IMG/VR virus record: IMGVR_UViG_3300025767_000026
Location: 1-54,392 of that record
Reading direction: 5' to 3' (one strand)
Length of the DNA: 54,392 nucleotides
DNA from: a virus
Taxonomy: Duplodnaviria; Caudoviricetes
Both the position numbers and the translations under genes were made by a program. This document shows, piece by piece, positions 38,964 through 48,710 of the stretch (position 1 is the first letter of the stretch; every line of letters starts with the position of its first letter). The notes beneath the pieces are model-generated. The model had not been told where the DNA came from. It searched no databases and worked only from the letters and a program-made list of their open reading frames with translations.

Positions 38964-41282
38964 TTATGAGTAGGTCGGAGTGACGCTTGTAGCGCCTCTA
39001 GCAGAAGTAATAATTACGTCTACATTATTTGCAGGAGTTTGACCAAAGGATATTTTAATTGTGCTTGTGGAAGCCACATCTGCCAATGTTGTTCTTGCGA
39101 CATCCGCAAATACAGTTTCTTTACTTATAGAATCAAACAATTGTACAATTATATCTTCTGTTCCTAAGTTATGGACTATTTGGGCCGCGCCGCTTACTAA
39201 ACTAGCAACTAAAATTTGAGCAACAACTGATCTAGCCGCTAAGCCGTCCGGTGTTACAACTCTCGATGGGTCTGTGCCTGCTTGTACTTCGGCAACAGTA
39301 GCTAGTTCAACAATACCCTGTACGGCCGCTGTTGCAGCAACTTCATCGCCTGTGTTAGTGCCGCTCTGCCCAACTAAATAAGTTTGATTAATTGCGGTTC
39401 CCTGCCAAACCCCGGTAGCAATAGTCCCTAAAGTAGTAATATTAGTAGACCCCGGCCATTGGACAAGCCCAGACGGTGTTATAACTCTACTTGTATCAGT
39501 CCCGGCATTAACTTCAGCGCCAGTCGCTAGTTCAACAATACCTGCTACTAAAGTAGTGGCTGCCACCTCGTCTCCAGTGTTAGTGCCGCTCTGGCCTACA
39601 AGGTACGTTTGGTTAATAGCAGTACCTTGCCAAGTTCCAGAGCTAATAGTGCCTAGCGTTGTGATGCTAGTTTGGCCCGCATATGTGCTTGCAATATCTA
39701 CAGCTGGCGACCCCGCTGTGCCTCCTATCGTTATCCTATCTGCCGTACCGCCAACACTAACAACTTTTGCATCTGTGTAGGTGGTACTAATAGAGGTCCC
39801 CTGCCAAGCGCCAGTGCTTATCGTACCTAATGTTGCTATTTGCACTGACCCAGTCCATCCGTCTAAACCATCGGGGGTGACAGCTCTTGTAGCATCCGTC
39901 CCTGTATTAGTTTCAGCAATAGTAGCTAGCTCAACAATACCGCTTGCAGTTGTTGAAGCATTAACAATGTCCGGGATGTTTTTATTTAAAACTGTCCAGT
40001 TAGTTAGAGATGCCGCAACCGTGCCTGTGATTTGAGATATAAGCACATCCCCTACTTGTACAGCTTCAGTAAAAAAGTTTCCAGCGGCGGTAACAGTATA
40101 TGTATCACCCGCTATTACTGTGGGAGAGCCTGTGTCAAGCGCTGGTGCATTAGTAGAAGCGTTGTAGCCTCCTTTGTACGCCATACCCACGGTAACTGCA
40201 CTATCAACATAGTCTTTAACAGCAGCCGATGTGGGCAGCGACGTATCATTGTCATTAGAAGCAATCCCTTCAGCCTCTGTAATAATATCCCCGGGAATTC
40301 CGTCCAGCTTGCTTTTGTCTGTCCCGGTCATTAACCCTGCGTTACCGCCGGAAACAACTAGAGGTATGGTGGCGTCGGTGCCATCAGAGCTAGTTACAAT
40401 CCCGTTGCTAGCAGAGGCGGTATATCCTAAGTTTGTTGTAACATTAGTTACTTTAGCGTTATTGGCAATTACATTATTATACAAGGCTGAAGTCATGACC
40501 CCCGCAACCGAGCCTGTAGCCGCTCCTATAGCGACATTTGTACCAGTAGAGCTATTAATGGTTACGTCTGTAGTAGTCGAGGTCTTACTTAAATTAGTTG
40601 CCACATTAACTTCAGCTCCAGTGGCAATACCATCAAGTTTTGTTTTATCGGTTGAAGTCATAACACCAGCAAGTAATGTTGTTGCTGCTGTTAATGTTGC
40701 ATCAGTTCCTGTGCTTGAAGTTACAGGCACTGTAGTTGTTGTCCGCGTGCCTTGAGCAATATTAGTTCCTACATTTACCTGAGCTCCGGTCGCTATGCCG
40801 TCCAGTTTGGTTTTATCAGTGGCTGTCATTACGCCCGCAACTGATACTGTTGCAGCAGGTAATACAGCATTAGTTCCATCTGAGCTATTAACTGTTAACG
40901 TAGTAGAGGAAGAACTTGTTGATAAATTTGTGGAAACGTTACTTACCTTAGCATTGTTGAGTATTACATTATCATATAATGCTGAAGTCATGACCCCTGC
41001 GTTTGATGTGGTAGCTGCTCCTATATCAACGTTTGTGCCGGTAGAACTATTAATAGTTACGTCTGTAGTGGTAACAGTCTTAGTTAAGTTAGTGCTCCCA
41101 GACCCTTGAGACGTTAAATCTACCCAGCCAGCGCCGGTGTATACATATAGGTTATCGTCGGTAGTGTTATAATAAACCTGCCCTTCGAGAGGTGTTGCCG
41201 GGGCGCCTGCTAAGTTCTGGAATACAGCGAGCTGCAGCTCGTTTTTGTTAAGATTGATGTTACTTAAAAAATTAATTGCCAT
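38964..41282 (-). CDS. Long fibre protein with mosaic internal repeats (772 aa)
   Basis: GQVYYNTTD; AG(V/L)MT..DK.KLDGI x3; GIVELAT.AE...GTD..R..TP x3; TLGTI..G.WQGT.I x3; C-terminal IVHNLGTEDIIVQLFD. Confidence 0.85.
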   Translation of the reverse strand: MAINFLSNINLNKNELQLAVFQNLAGAPATPLEGQVYYNTTDDNLYVYTGAGWVDLTSQGSGSTNLTKTVTTTDVTINSSTGTNVDIGAATTSNAGVMTSALYDNVILNNAKVSNVSTNLSTSSSSTTLTVNSSDGTNAVLPAATVSVAGVMTATDKTKLDGIATGAQVNVGTNIAQGTRTTTTVPVTSSTGTDATLTAATTLLAGVMTSTDKTKLDGIATGAEVNVATNLSKTSTTTDVTINSSTGTNVAIGAATGSVAGVMTSALYNNVIANNAKVTNVTTNLGYTASASNGIVTSSDGTDATIPLVVSGGNAGLMTGTDKSKLDGIPGDIITEAEGIASNDNDTSLPTSAAVKDYVDSAVTVGMAYKGGYNASTNAPALDTGSPTVIAGDTYTVTAAGNFFTEAVQVGDVLISQITGTVAASLTNWTVLNKNIPDIVNASTTASGIVELATIAETNTGTDATRAVTPDGLDGWTGSVQIATLGTISTGAWQGTSISTTYTDAKVVSVGGTADRITIGGTAGSPAVDIASTYAGQTSITTLGTISSGTWQGTAINQTYLVGQSGTNTGDEVAATTLVAGIVELATGAEVNAGTDTSRVITPSGLVQWPGSTNITTLGTIATGVWQGTAINQTYLVGQSGTNTGDEVAATAAVQGIVELATVAEVQAGTDPSRVVTPDGLAARSVVAQILVASLVSGAAQIVHNLGTEDIIVQLFDSISKETVFADVARTTLADVASTSTIKISFGQTPANNVDVIITSARGATSVTPTYS

Positions 41283-41288
41283 AGTAGT

Positions 41289-41981
41289 TTAGTTTAAATG
41301 CGCCTTGCCTGAAAACGCGCCAGTAAATGATATAGTTATGTTGTTAGCGTCAATAAAGTTTATTTCTCCGTGTACTACACTGTCGCCAGAGTCAACCACG
41401 GTGACCGAAGGTTTTTTATTTAATCCATGCGATATAACCCAATTTGCTGCAGGGATATTTTGGCTGTGCGTGTAATGCTTATCAGTCCCAAGGTTCAAAG
41501 ATGATATATAATAAGTTTTTAAATCCGATAAGTTACCATTTGAATTTAAAGCAACAAGAGATAAAGTATAGAAGTCAGGGTCAACACCGTTAACAGAATA
41601 GTCAACTAATTCATAATGCCCAAAATTATCTATATTATTAGACTCAGATATTAATATTTGTTTGCCTATTAGTATGCTTAAAAAATTCGGCACATGCTGC
41701 CCAGATATATCGGTTTTATGTACATATATCTCTATAATATCACTAAAAGGTTGGTTTGAAGGCTCCTCAAGAAGCGTCATTGTTTTTGGTATACCTATTG
41801 TTCCAAATTCATATTTAAAACCGATCTGCCCATTAACAGCCACCTTGCCGCCTAAGTTTAGGTAAGCAGCAATCTTTAAAGCATTAAACTGTACAGTAGC
41901 AAGGTTTGCGTCATTAGTCCCAATCCAAGCATCTTGATCCTGCAGTGCGATATCTTGTGGATAGGTATATATTCTTGCCAT
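41289..41981 (-). CDS. Putative fibre anchor/adaptor protein, paralogue A
   Basis: N-terminal MARI.TY..D....D.WIGT domain shared with 47551-48243 and 53173-53778; C-terminal W.ISHGLNKKPSVTVVD domain. Confidence 0.6.
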   Translation of the reverse strand: MARIYTYPQDIALQDQDAWIGTNDANLATVQFNALKIAAYLNLGGKVAVNGQIGFKYEFGTIGIPKTMTLLEEPSNQPFSDIIEIYVHKTDISGQHVPNFLSILIGKQILISESNNIDNFGHYELVDYSVNGVDPDFYTLSLVALNSNGNLSDLKTYYISSLNLGTDKHYTHSQNIPAANWVISHGLNKKPSVTVVDSGDSVVHGEINFIDANNITISFTGAFSGKAHLN

Positions 41982-41992
41982 TGATGTTTTTT

Positions 41993-42005
41993 TATATAAT
42001 TACCG
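41993..42005 (-). promoter_or_regulatory. Candidate late-promoter motif CGGTAATTATATA
   Basis: Intergenic, 12 nt upstream of the ATG at 41981. Confidence 0.6.
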
Positions 42006-42023
42006 GTTTTTGTTATTTATTAC

Positions 42024-43880
42024 TTACAATTTTAAATTAGCCTGCTCGGCGTTATCGCTTGCTTTTTGCGCATAAGCATTAATTGATTGCTGCACTTCTG
42101 AGTTAGAAGAGAATTCTGTTAAGTCAACCGTTGCAGTCCCCGTCGTATTATTAATAATTGTCCCAGCACCAGATACCCTCCAGTTGCCTGAAGTAATTGT
42201 GGAGTCAAGCGTTATTACAGCCCCCACCAATGAAAGGGAACAATCACCGCCGGAAGATTTATTTGTAATCAGAAGCTCTCCTGAAAACTGACGGAATGCC
42301 ATGCGGCCACTGCCGTTGCAATCTAGAATAGGGATATTATTACCTGGGTTGTTTGCTCCTACGGAAGCGCACTCGTTAGCAATTAGTAAACCATTAGCCG
42401 CAATGCCTACTGTCCCTTCTCGGAAAATACAGCGCTCAGCATAGCCAAATATACCGCTAAGATTTTGCATTGCAACTTGTGTATAATAAGAGCTACCGTT
42501 GTCTCCAAGGTCTCCAGACAAAAGCAAGCCGTCAAATTCACAACCAACGAGAGTTGCAGCTGGGTCAACCGTGATTTGCGTTGTTCTTGACGACCTACCA
42601 AAGAATTTCATATTGGTGTGTGTGCCAGTTATAGTAAAAGCGGATCTTGCGGATATATTAAATAAAGAATACTTGTTAGCGATAAGCTGGGCATCGACAT
42701 CATTATTTACAGGCTGCTGTTTGGTGCCTATTGGGAATTTTGTCCCCGTGTTACTTGTGGTTGGATCAATCCAGACGCTTCCATTGTCAAATGCAGCATA
42801 TTGCGTTAGCACCGGGAAAGACACTTGGGAAGTATCCACAATTGCCGTACCCGTGGAATTATCAATGACCCTTAAAGATCCGGTGCATCGTATAATACCG
42901 TCATTAACCGTGGAGTCTATCACAACAGTTCCTCCTGAGTTTATATTGATTTCAATATCCTCCGGTCCTGTTTTATTTATAATCTTAAGATCACCATGCC
43001 AATTTTTAATACTCACATCCCTGCCCGCGCCGCCGCAATCGATTATAGGGTATACGTTATTTTGCACAATACCATCCCAACAATCAATAAATGCTGTTTG
43101 ACCAACGCCTGATACAACAAACGTGCCTGCTATTAAACAGCGATACGCATAGCCCTCCACCATCTGAACATCTAATAATCTGCAATCTTCAAATGTGGCT
43201 AGGTTATCAAATTCCCCTTGAATGGTTGCATCGAATATATCTACTCCAAATGTAGCTGCTCCAGGCTCAAAGGTTAAAACAGTTTTATTAGGGTTGGTGC
43301 CGTAAACCTCAAAGTTTTCTATATCGTCTCCAGTCGTAAATGTGAAGTTTCCTATAATGTTAAGCCTATTAATACCGCGAACGTCAGCGATAAGCTTAGC
43401 GTCCTGTATATTGTTTACCGGTGCCTGAGGTGTTCCCTTCGGAAATACTGTGCCAGTTACGCCCCTTATTGCGTCTACTGTAATAGCCCCACCAAAAGAA
43501 GAAAACTCAATAGCCGCGTTAGATATAAGACCCGCCGCATTCTGGCTACGTATTGACACCTGGTTTAAATTAACTACGTCTCCAACGTTGCTGTTTGCCC
43601 CTGTTAAATTAACGGCATAATTGCCGTCTTCAAATGTTACTGTATAACCACTTATGATCTCAATAGTTCTTGCGTATACAATGCCCCCTAGCAATATTTC
43701 CGTATTATGCTGATGTGTTTTTAGATGAGCCATCCCTTCCGCTGAAGACTCCAGCGCTTTTAAATCCAATCTAAATTGGTTTAACGGGAGGTCACGGATT
43801 TCAGCCGGAGTCGCCTGCACTAAGGTAGTATAAGCCTTAGGTATCGATATTACTTTGGTGCCCCAGTCTATAGAAATCAT
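42024..43880 (-). CDS. Beta-helix-like appendage/spike protein with an internal duplication (618 aa)
   Basis: Two units of about 240 aa, each starting ..D.....GT.FP.GT.Q.PVNN..DA.LIA and ending DST...G..R..G....I.N.TGTA.VD. Confidence 0.65.
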   Translation of the reverse strand: MISIDWGTKVISIPKAYTTLVQATPAEIRDLPLNQFRLDLKALESSAEGMAHLKTHQHNTEILLGGIVYARTIEIISGYTVTFEDGNYAVNLTGANSNVGDVVNLNQVSIRSQNAAGLISNAAIEFSSFGGAITVDAIRGVTGTVFPKGTPQAPVNNIQDAKLIADVRGINRLNIIGNFTFTTGDDIENFEVYGTNPNKTVLTFEPGAATFGVDIFDATIQGEFDNLATFEDCRLLDVQMVEGYAYRCLIAGTFVVSGVGQTAFIDCWDGIVQNNVYPIIDCGGAGRDVSIKNWHGDLKIINKTGPEDIEININSGGTVVIDSTVNDGIIRCTGSLRVIDNSTGTAIVDTSQVSFPVLTQYAAFDNGSVWIDPTTSNTGTKFPIGTKQQPVNNDVDAQLIANKYSLFNISARSAFTITGTHTNMKFFGRSSRTTQITVDPAATLVGCEFDGLLLSGDLGDNGSSYYTQVAMQNLSGIFGYAERCIFREGTVGIAANGLLIANECASVGANNPGNNIPILDCNGSGRMAFRQFSGELLITNKSSGGDCSLSLVGAVITLDSTITSGNWRVSGAGTIINNTTGTATVDLTEFSSNSEVQQSINAYAQKASDNAEQANLKL

Positions 43881-44092
43881 ATTAAATTATTGTATAAAGT
43901 GTGTATCTGCTGCTCAAGCATAGTGATCCGGTTGGATAGCTGCATGTTCTGAACCTCAAAGTTTCTAACAATGGCCTCAAGCTTGCGCATTTCTTCCCTG
44001 GTCGCTGTCGAATAGTCGCGGATAGCTATAATATTTTTATACCCGGCGCTATCGACTAATCCCATGTCTGTAATTGTTATCTCTTTACTCAT
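43877..44092 (-). CDS. Small coiled-coil protein, possible assembly chaperone
   Basis: 71 aa with heptad pattern; overlaps both neighbours. Confidence 0.6.
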   Translation of the reverse strand: MSKEITITDMGLVDSAGYKNIIAIRDYSTATREEMRKLEAIVRNFEVQNMQLSNRITMLEQQIHTLYNNLI

Positions 44093-45737
44093 CCCTAATC
44101 ATAAATATATTTACGTCAAATCCACTAGATGTAATTGTTCCTGAAATAATTGATTGCTTATACAATGTTCCTGTGGTAGCTTTTCTAACGCGACCTGTAA
44201 CCGCTTGATTGTTTGTATAACTAAACCCTGTGTCCTCAATAATACCGTTGGCATCTGTTACGCCAGATAATACATCCGTACCAAGTGTTAAATCTCCTCC
44301 AGCCCCAGCCTCTAGTAATACACGCGCCCCAGCAACAGGCAAATTTGTTTCGACATCGAAGACAGAAACCCTAACTGTTTTTGTGTTGTTTATAACTACA
44401 GTTGCACCGTTGGAAGTATATGTTGGCGTATTGCCTCCGTTTACATTTATTGTAACAGTGCCTAGGGCACTTAAAATTTGTATTGCAGAAGTTGTAGTCC
44501 CATTAGCACCGTAATTTGTAAAAGTAATATTAGTTAAATTATAAGTATTCCCCGCGCTAAACCGCATGGCGTGAAATGTCCCGGACTGTATAAATTCACA
44601 ATCATGTATCCGAGTAGAGCCAAATGCTGCCGGCACGGTATTGTTTAATGTTGGTAATGGCGTAATTGCGTCTGTTCTAATAATTGTATTTTTAATCTCC
44701 CCAGCATTAATTAGTGTCTTACATTCTATATCTGCCCCGTCTATATTGCAAGCCGATGTATATGTAATCTCATTGTGGTTTCTTAAGTTTGAGCTTGACC
44801 GAAATATTCCAGCGGTGCCGGAGACTTTAAAATCTGGGCGCGTATCAAAGCCGCCATAAATCCTACCTCCCCCAATAATTGTATTAGTTATTGTAATATC
44901 GTCTAATGCATTATTAAGGAACACTTCAACTCCTTGTTGATTAGAGTCTACATAACCGTCAATAAACGTTACAATAGTATTTCCGCTAACAAACACTGTT
45001 GGAACTAACGAGTTTCTATCCCCTACTACTAATTTTCCACGTGCCTGCATAGAGTTTGCAGAGCCACTCACGACTCCATATCTATTGCTTTTTATGTTTT
45101 GATCAAAATCAAGAAAATCAATAAAAGAAGCAACAGGCCCTGCGCCGTCGCCCCGAGTAACAATTAATCCTTCACCGTAATCAATAGCGTCCATCGCCAC
45201 ATTTTCAGATTTAGCAAATCCGCCTATAAAAGTCGCTCCAACCGCGTACCAAATTACGGCCGCTTGATTAAGCGTCCCGCTTTGGGATTCTGCCCACAAC
45301 AATACATTTGGGCTAATTGCCGTTAAGATATATCCACCCTGCGATGGGTACGTTAAATACTGGTCATTGTTAGCCCCACTGCCTGCTAGGTTGTATTGAT
45401 AAAAATTTGATCCGTTGCCAGAACCTATTGCAACTTCAACTCCCCAAGTAGTATTTAAATCAAAAGCATCCGATACATATACCTTGCAAAACCACAGATT
45501 GTTGCCAGAATAATCTACGGCACTGCCAAGATAATCTACACCAATTCTTGTGCCCGGATTCGTGGTGTTTACTTTTTTACCAACAGCCCCAACAGCACTG
45601 CCCGGCGTGTCTTGCTGATATGCATTAGCTGCCTCAGAAGCGGGAGAACCCCCTCCTGTATTGTAGTTTCCCCAGCCGACGCTGCTGTCTGAAGAATTTA
45701 ATCTCGTACCATTAAATACTACGTTAGCTACTGCCAT
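44085..45737 (-). CDS. Structural appendage protein (550 aa; lectin-like, beta-helix and Ig-like parts)
   Basis: G/N/T-rich; C-terminal VRVSVFD..T.LPVAGARVLL...TDANG resembles a carboxypeptidase-regulatory-like Ig fold. Confidence 0.55.
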   Translation of the reverse strand: MAVANVVFNGTRLNSSDSSVGWGNYNTGGGSPASEAANAYQQDTPGSAVGAVGKKVNTTNPGTRIGVDYLGSAVDYSGNNLWFCKVYVSDAFDLNTTWGVEVAIGSGNGSNFYQYNLAGSGANNDQYLTYPSQGGYILTAISPNVLLWAESQSGTLNQAAVIWYAVGATFIGGFAKSENVAMDAIDYGEGLIVTRGDGAGPVASFIDFLDFDQNIKSNRYGVVSGSANSMQARGKLVVGDRNSLVPTVFVSGNTIVTFIDGYVDSNQQGVEVFLNNALDDITITNTIIGGGRIYGGFDTRPDFKVSGTAGIFRSSSNLRNHNEITYTSACNIDGADIECKTLINAGEIKNTIIRTDAITPLPTLNNTVPAAFGSTRIHDCEFIQSGTFHAMRFSAGNTYNLTNITFTNYGANGTTTSAIQILSALGTVTINVNGGNTPTYTSNGATVVINNTKTVRVSVFDVETNLPVAGARVLLEAGAGGDLTLGTDVLSGVTDANGIIEDTGFSYTNNQAVTGRVRKATTGTLYKQSIISGTITSSGFDVNIFMIRDE

Positions 45738-45756
45738 ATTGGTATAAATGTTTTTA

Positions 45757-45786
45757 TTATATGGGCGCCCGAAGACGCCCGTATAA
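45757..45786 (-). terminator. UUCG stem-loop after the 572-aa gene
   Basis: TTATACGGGCGTC-TTCG-GGCGCCCATATAA; weak U tract. Confidence 0.6.
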
Positions 45787-45797
45787 CCTTTTTATTA

Positions 45798-47516
45798 TTA
45801 AACGTCAGACGTTCTAATAGCTGTAACAGTAGTGTTTGAACCACTAAATGTTGCAGATGAAATAAACTGCTTAATTGGGCTACCCCCTCCGTCGCGGACA
45901 ATTACAACAAGCCCTCTATCTGAGCTATAAATAGCCGTGAAAGAAGTTGTAGAGGCGCTCGCAAGCACATCAATATAAGTGATGTAAACATCGTTGGCGG
46001 CTGTAGCATTAACAGTGGCAAAGTCCTCTTGCCCATCTGTGCTAGAAATTGTAAATGTTGAACCGGAATAAGAAGAATATTCTAACCTTCTATCAAACCC
46101 ATTGTCATCTACAACGCGGATAGTCCCGGATGCAGGAGTGTCCAATGGTATCGCCGTGCTAACAACAACAGATGTGATATTGTCAGCCGTTAGACCTCCA
46201 CCTGCTAATGATAATTGATTTTGATCAATTGCAGGGTCGCCATTAACATCTGTGCTACTACCATCCCAAGGAGCAACTAATACGCGGTCTTCTCCGCTAA
46301 CTAGGCCACCTACGGTAAACGTAACATTGTTTGGTGGGTTTACAGCAGTGTTTGTTAAATCAGATAATGTGTCTCTGTTAGTAAGGTCGTTCGTTTCAAT
46401 ACCAATACCATAAGCGCCAATAATAGCAGAACCAGTAGAATTCCCAACAAACGGGAATGAAAGCGTACGAGCTAAAGCAGTGCCTACAGCATTAGCTGTT
46501 GCTGTTGAAGCGCCAGTAATTGTTTGTGTATTTGTAGGAGCAGCGCCTGTCAATAACTGTATCCACATTTTAGTAGCTGAGGTTGGGCTATTAATAGCAA
46601 GCATCTGTCCTGTTCCACCTGTCCAGCTAACTGCTTCAAAAGCTGCAAACGTTCCAGTTGGCCCATTTACAGTAATTTCATGAGTGATACCTCTAAATAG
46701 CTCACCATTTAATCCGTAAAGTGTTTCAGACGTTCCCTCTCTTGTTAGCCATTTAGCTCTTTCATAGAAATCATTAATTGAGTTAGTTGGCGTGTTGGAA
46801 TCCCACTTAGAGTAATAAAACTCATTGACTGTATCGTTGTTTACATCAATACCATTATACCCTTGGGTGGTATTTGTAATTCCCGTGTAACCTGCTATTG
46901 TGCCAATTAACGTTTGATTGTTAAGGTCAACTAATTCAGACAGCGCCAATACATTATTGCCCTCTACTGCCGAGTTAACGGTAAACTCCGTATAAGTATA
47001 CCCAAATGCACGTGAAGTACCAATAAGCCTTCTATTATCAATATTAGCCCCTGCAGTGCGTACCGGCAATAAGAATCGGTGTGAAATACCTGCAGCAGAG
47101 TTAACGCCTCCGCCAGTGGCTAAATTCCACCAGTCGTCAGCAAGCACTACTCCGTTTTGAATAATTTGAATTTTGTCTACATTACCAAAGTTTACAAACC
47201 CAGCGTAGATTTTTTCTGTACCAGCTGTACCTTGCTTAATAGATCCATCATAAAGGTGCTCTGACGCATTGTCGTCAATGTTATAATTACCTTTAAGCTG
47301 TATAATGTTGTCGGTTGATCTAGCCGATGGATCAGTATCTGTAATGTCAAGGGCGTCATCGCCTGATGAAACAGCATCATCCGCTAAATCTTGTAGCCAC
47401 CTGTGAAACTCAATCACAGTGGTATACGATGGAGATGCCCCACCGTGGTCGTCACCGATATATCGGATATCTCCTGTTGCTCTGGTTACTGTCCAGTCTG
47501 CTGCTACTATAGCCAT
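45798..47516 (-). CDS. Structural appendage protein (572 aa), possibly high copy
   Basis: T/G/S/A-rich beta protein with a long A-rich leader and its own downstream UUCG hairpin, like the MCP gene. Confidence 0.6.
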   Translation of the reverse strand: MAIVAADWTVTRATGDIRYIGDDHGGASPSYTTVIEFHRWLQDLADDAVSSGDDALDITDTDPSARSTDNIIQLKGNYNIDDNASEHLYDGSIKQGTAGTEKIYAGFVNFGNVDKIQIIQNGVVLADDWWNLATGGGVNSAAGISHRFLLPVRTAGANIDNRRLIGTSRAFGYTYTEFTVNSAVEGNNVLALSELVDLNNQTLIGTIAGYTGITNTTQGYNGIDVNNDTVNEFYYSKWDSNTPTNSINDFYERAKWLTREGTSETLYGLNGELFRGITHEITVNGPTGTFAAFEAVSWTGGTGQMLAINSPTSATKMWIQLLTGAAPTNTQTITGASTATANAVGTALARTLSFPFVGNSTGSAIIGAYGIGIETNDLTNRDTLSDLTNTAVNPPNNVTFTVGGLVSGEDRVLVAPWDGSSTDVNGDPAIDQNQLSLAGGGLTADNITSVVVSTAIPLDTPASGTIRVVDDNGFDRRLEYSSYSGSTFTISSTDGQEDFATVNATAANDVYITYIDVLASASTTSFTAIYSSDRGLVVIVRDGGGSPIKQFISSATFSGSNTTVTAIRTSDV

Positions 47517-47550
47517 AATTTTTTTTTTAGTTGTTAGTTTTGTTTGTTGT

Positions 47551-48243
47551 TTATATGTAGTTTAGTATTAATCTGTTTGCCCAGTCTGTTTCCAAATCTG
47601 TAACGCCTTGCGCTGTTGTTATAGTACCTGAAATATATTTTGTAATTACGGGTGAAGAATTTAGCAAGTACCCAGCGTAAACGGTTAAGCCAACCGCATC
47701 ACTCCTATAGCTTGTAACGGTATTAGAGGATCCTCCTCCGCTACCTGTGCCATAACTTGATATGCCATAATAGCTATTTTCTGTCATACTCCCATTTGAT
47801 GAAACTACCGACAGGGACGCATCGTAAAAATCAGTAGATCCATCCTGAGCTAAAGCATTTAAAGTATAGACTCCAAAATTATTTACATTATCTACTTGAG
47901 ATAATATTATTTGCCCACCTACCAGATTCTGCAAGTATTGTAATACAAGATTGTTATTTGTAGCAAACTTGCTTATTTTTATTGTTGTTATAGCGGAGAA
48001 AGCTGTGCCGTTGCCAAACCCAGCCTCAAAGCTTATTGTCTGCGCGTTACGGCCGTAAAGAAGGTCAGTCTGAAAAAAAAAGTTGCATTGCCCTACGATG
48101 CCAACCGCATTAGCGTTGTTTAGAAAACTAGCAACACCTTGCACTGTAAAGTTCTTTGTAATGCCCCCATTAAAATCTGTGCCTACCCACTTATCTAATG
48201 AGGTAACAGCAAGGTCAGTGCCATAATTGCCTATCCTGCCCAT
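47551..48243 (-). CDS. Putative fibre anchor/adaptor protein, paralogue B
   Basis: Aligns by eye with 41289-41981 over about 160 aa (GQ..F, FS.I..I, G.QI..S...N..NFG.Y.L, DFY..SL....SNG), then a GSGGGS linker and a different C-terminus. Confidence 0.6.
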   Translation of the reverse strand: MGRIGNYGTDLAVTSLDKWVGTDFNGGITKNFTVQGVASFLNNANAVGIVGQCNFFFQTDLLYGRNAQTISFEAGFGNGTAFSAITTIKISKFATNNNLVLQYLQNLVGGQIILSQVDNVNNFGVYTLNALAQDGSTDFYDASLSVVSSNGSMTENSYYGISSYGTGSGGGSSNTVTSYRSDAVGLTVYAGYLLNSSPVITKYISGTITTAQGVTDLETDWANRLILNYI

Positions 48244-48707
48244 TACTTTTTCTTAAATAAACTTGTAGCTTTCTCTGTTGTTCTTCCGCCAAAGTAAGCT
48301 AGCACTACCGCCATCATTACGCTTTCAAAAGTATTATTCCACAATGAGTTAATCGTGAAGGGTACGCCGTCAATACTGTCTAATATACCTGCTAGCGTAA
48401 AAACAACGATGCACCATACCAATACTAGGGGGCGTACGTTTTTACTTAACCAGCTATCTGAAATTGAATCCGCAAGCCAACGATTTGTAACGGCCTCCAT
48501 CTCTTTATTCTGCTGATCAAATATAAGCGTCTGTAATTTTATCTTATCCTCCTGCGATATATCTGATTTAGTAATCGCAGCAATAGCTTCCCCAGGCGAA
48601 GTAATACCCTCCAGTACACTTCCCAGTGCTGGGTTGATTAAGGTAGCAGCGCCCAGTAACATTTTACCGAGCGTGCTTTCTTTAAAAGGTTTTTTTTCTC
48701 CTGACAT
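48243..48707 (-). CDS. Holin-like membrane protein (3TM/GTA-holin-like)
   Basis: RW..D..SDSWLSKNVRPL followed by two hydrophobic helices and AYFGGRT.EK. Confidence 0.7.
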   Translation of the reverse strand: MSGEKKPFKESTLGKMLLGAATLINPALGSVLEGITSPGEAIAAITKSDISQEDKIKLQTLIFDQQNKEMEAVTNRWLADSISDSWLSKNVRPLVLVWCIVVFTLAGILDSIDGVPFTINSLWNNTFESVMMAVVLAYFGGRTTEKATSLFKKK

Positions 48708-48710
48708 AGT

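Noticed and set aside
37026-47516. Diversity-generating retroelement acting on fibre genes
   Set aside because: No reverse transcriptase in the window, and the repeats are in-frame coding duplications rather than an adenine-specific TR/VR pair.
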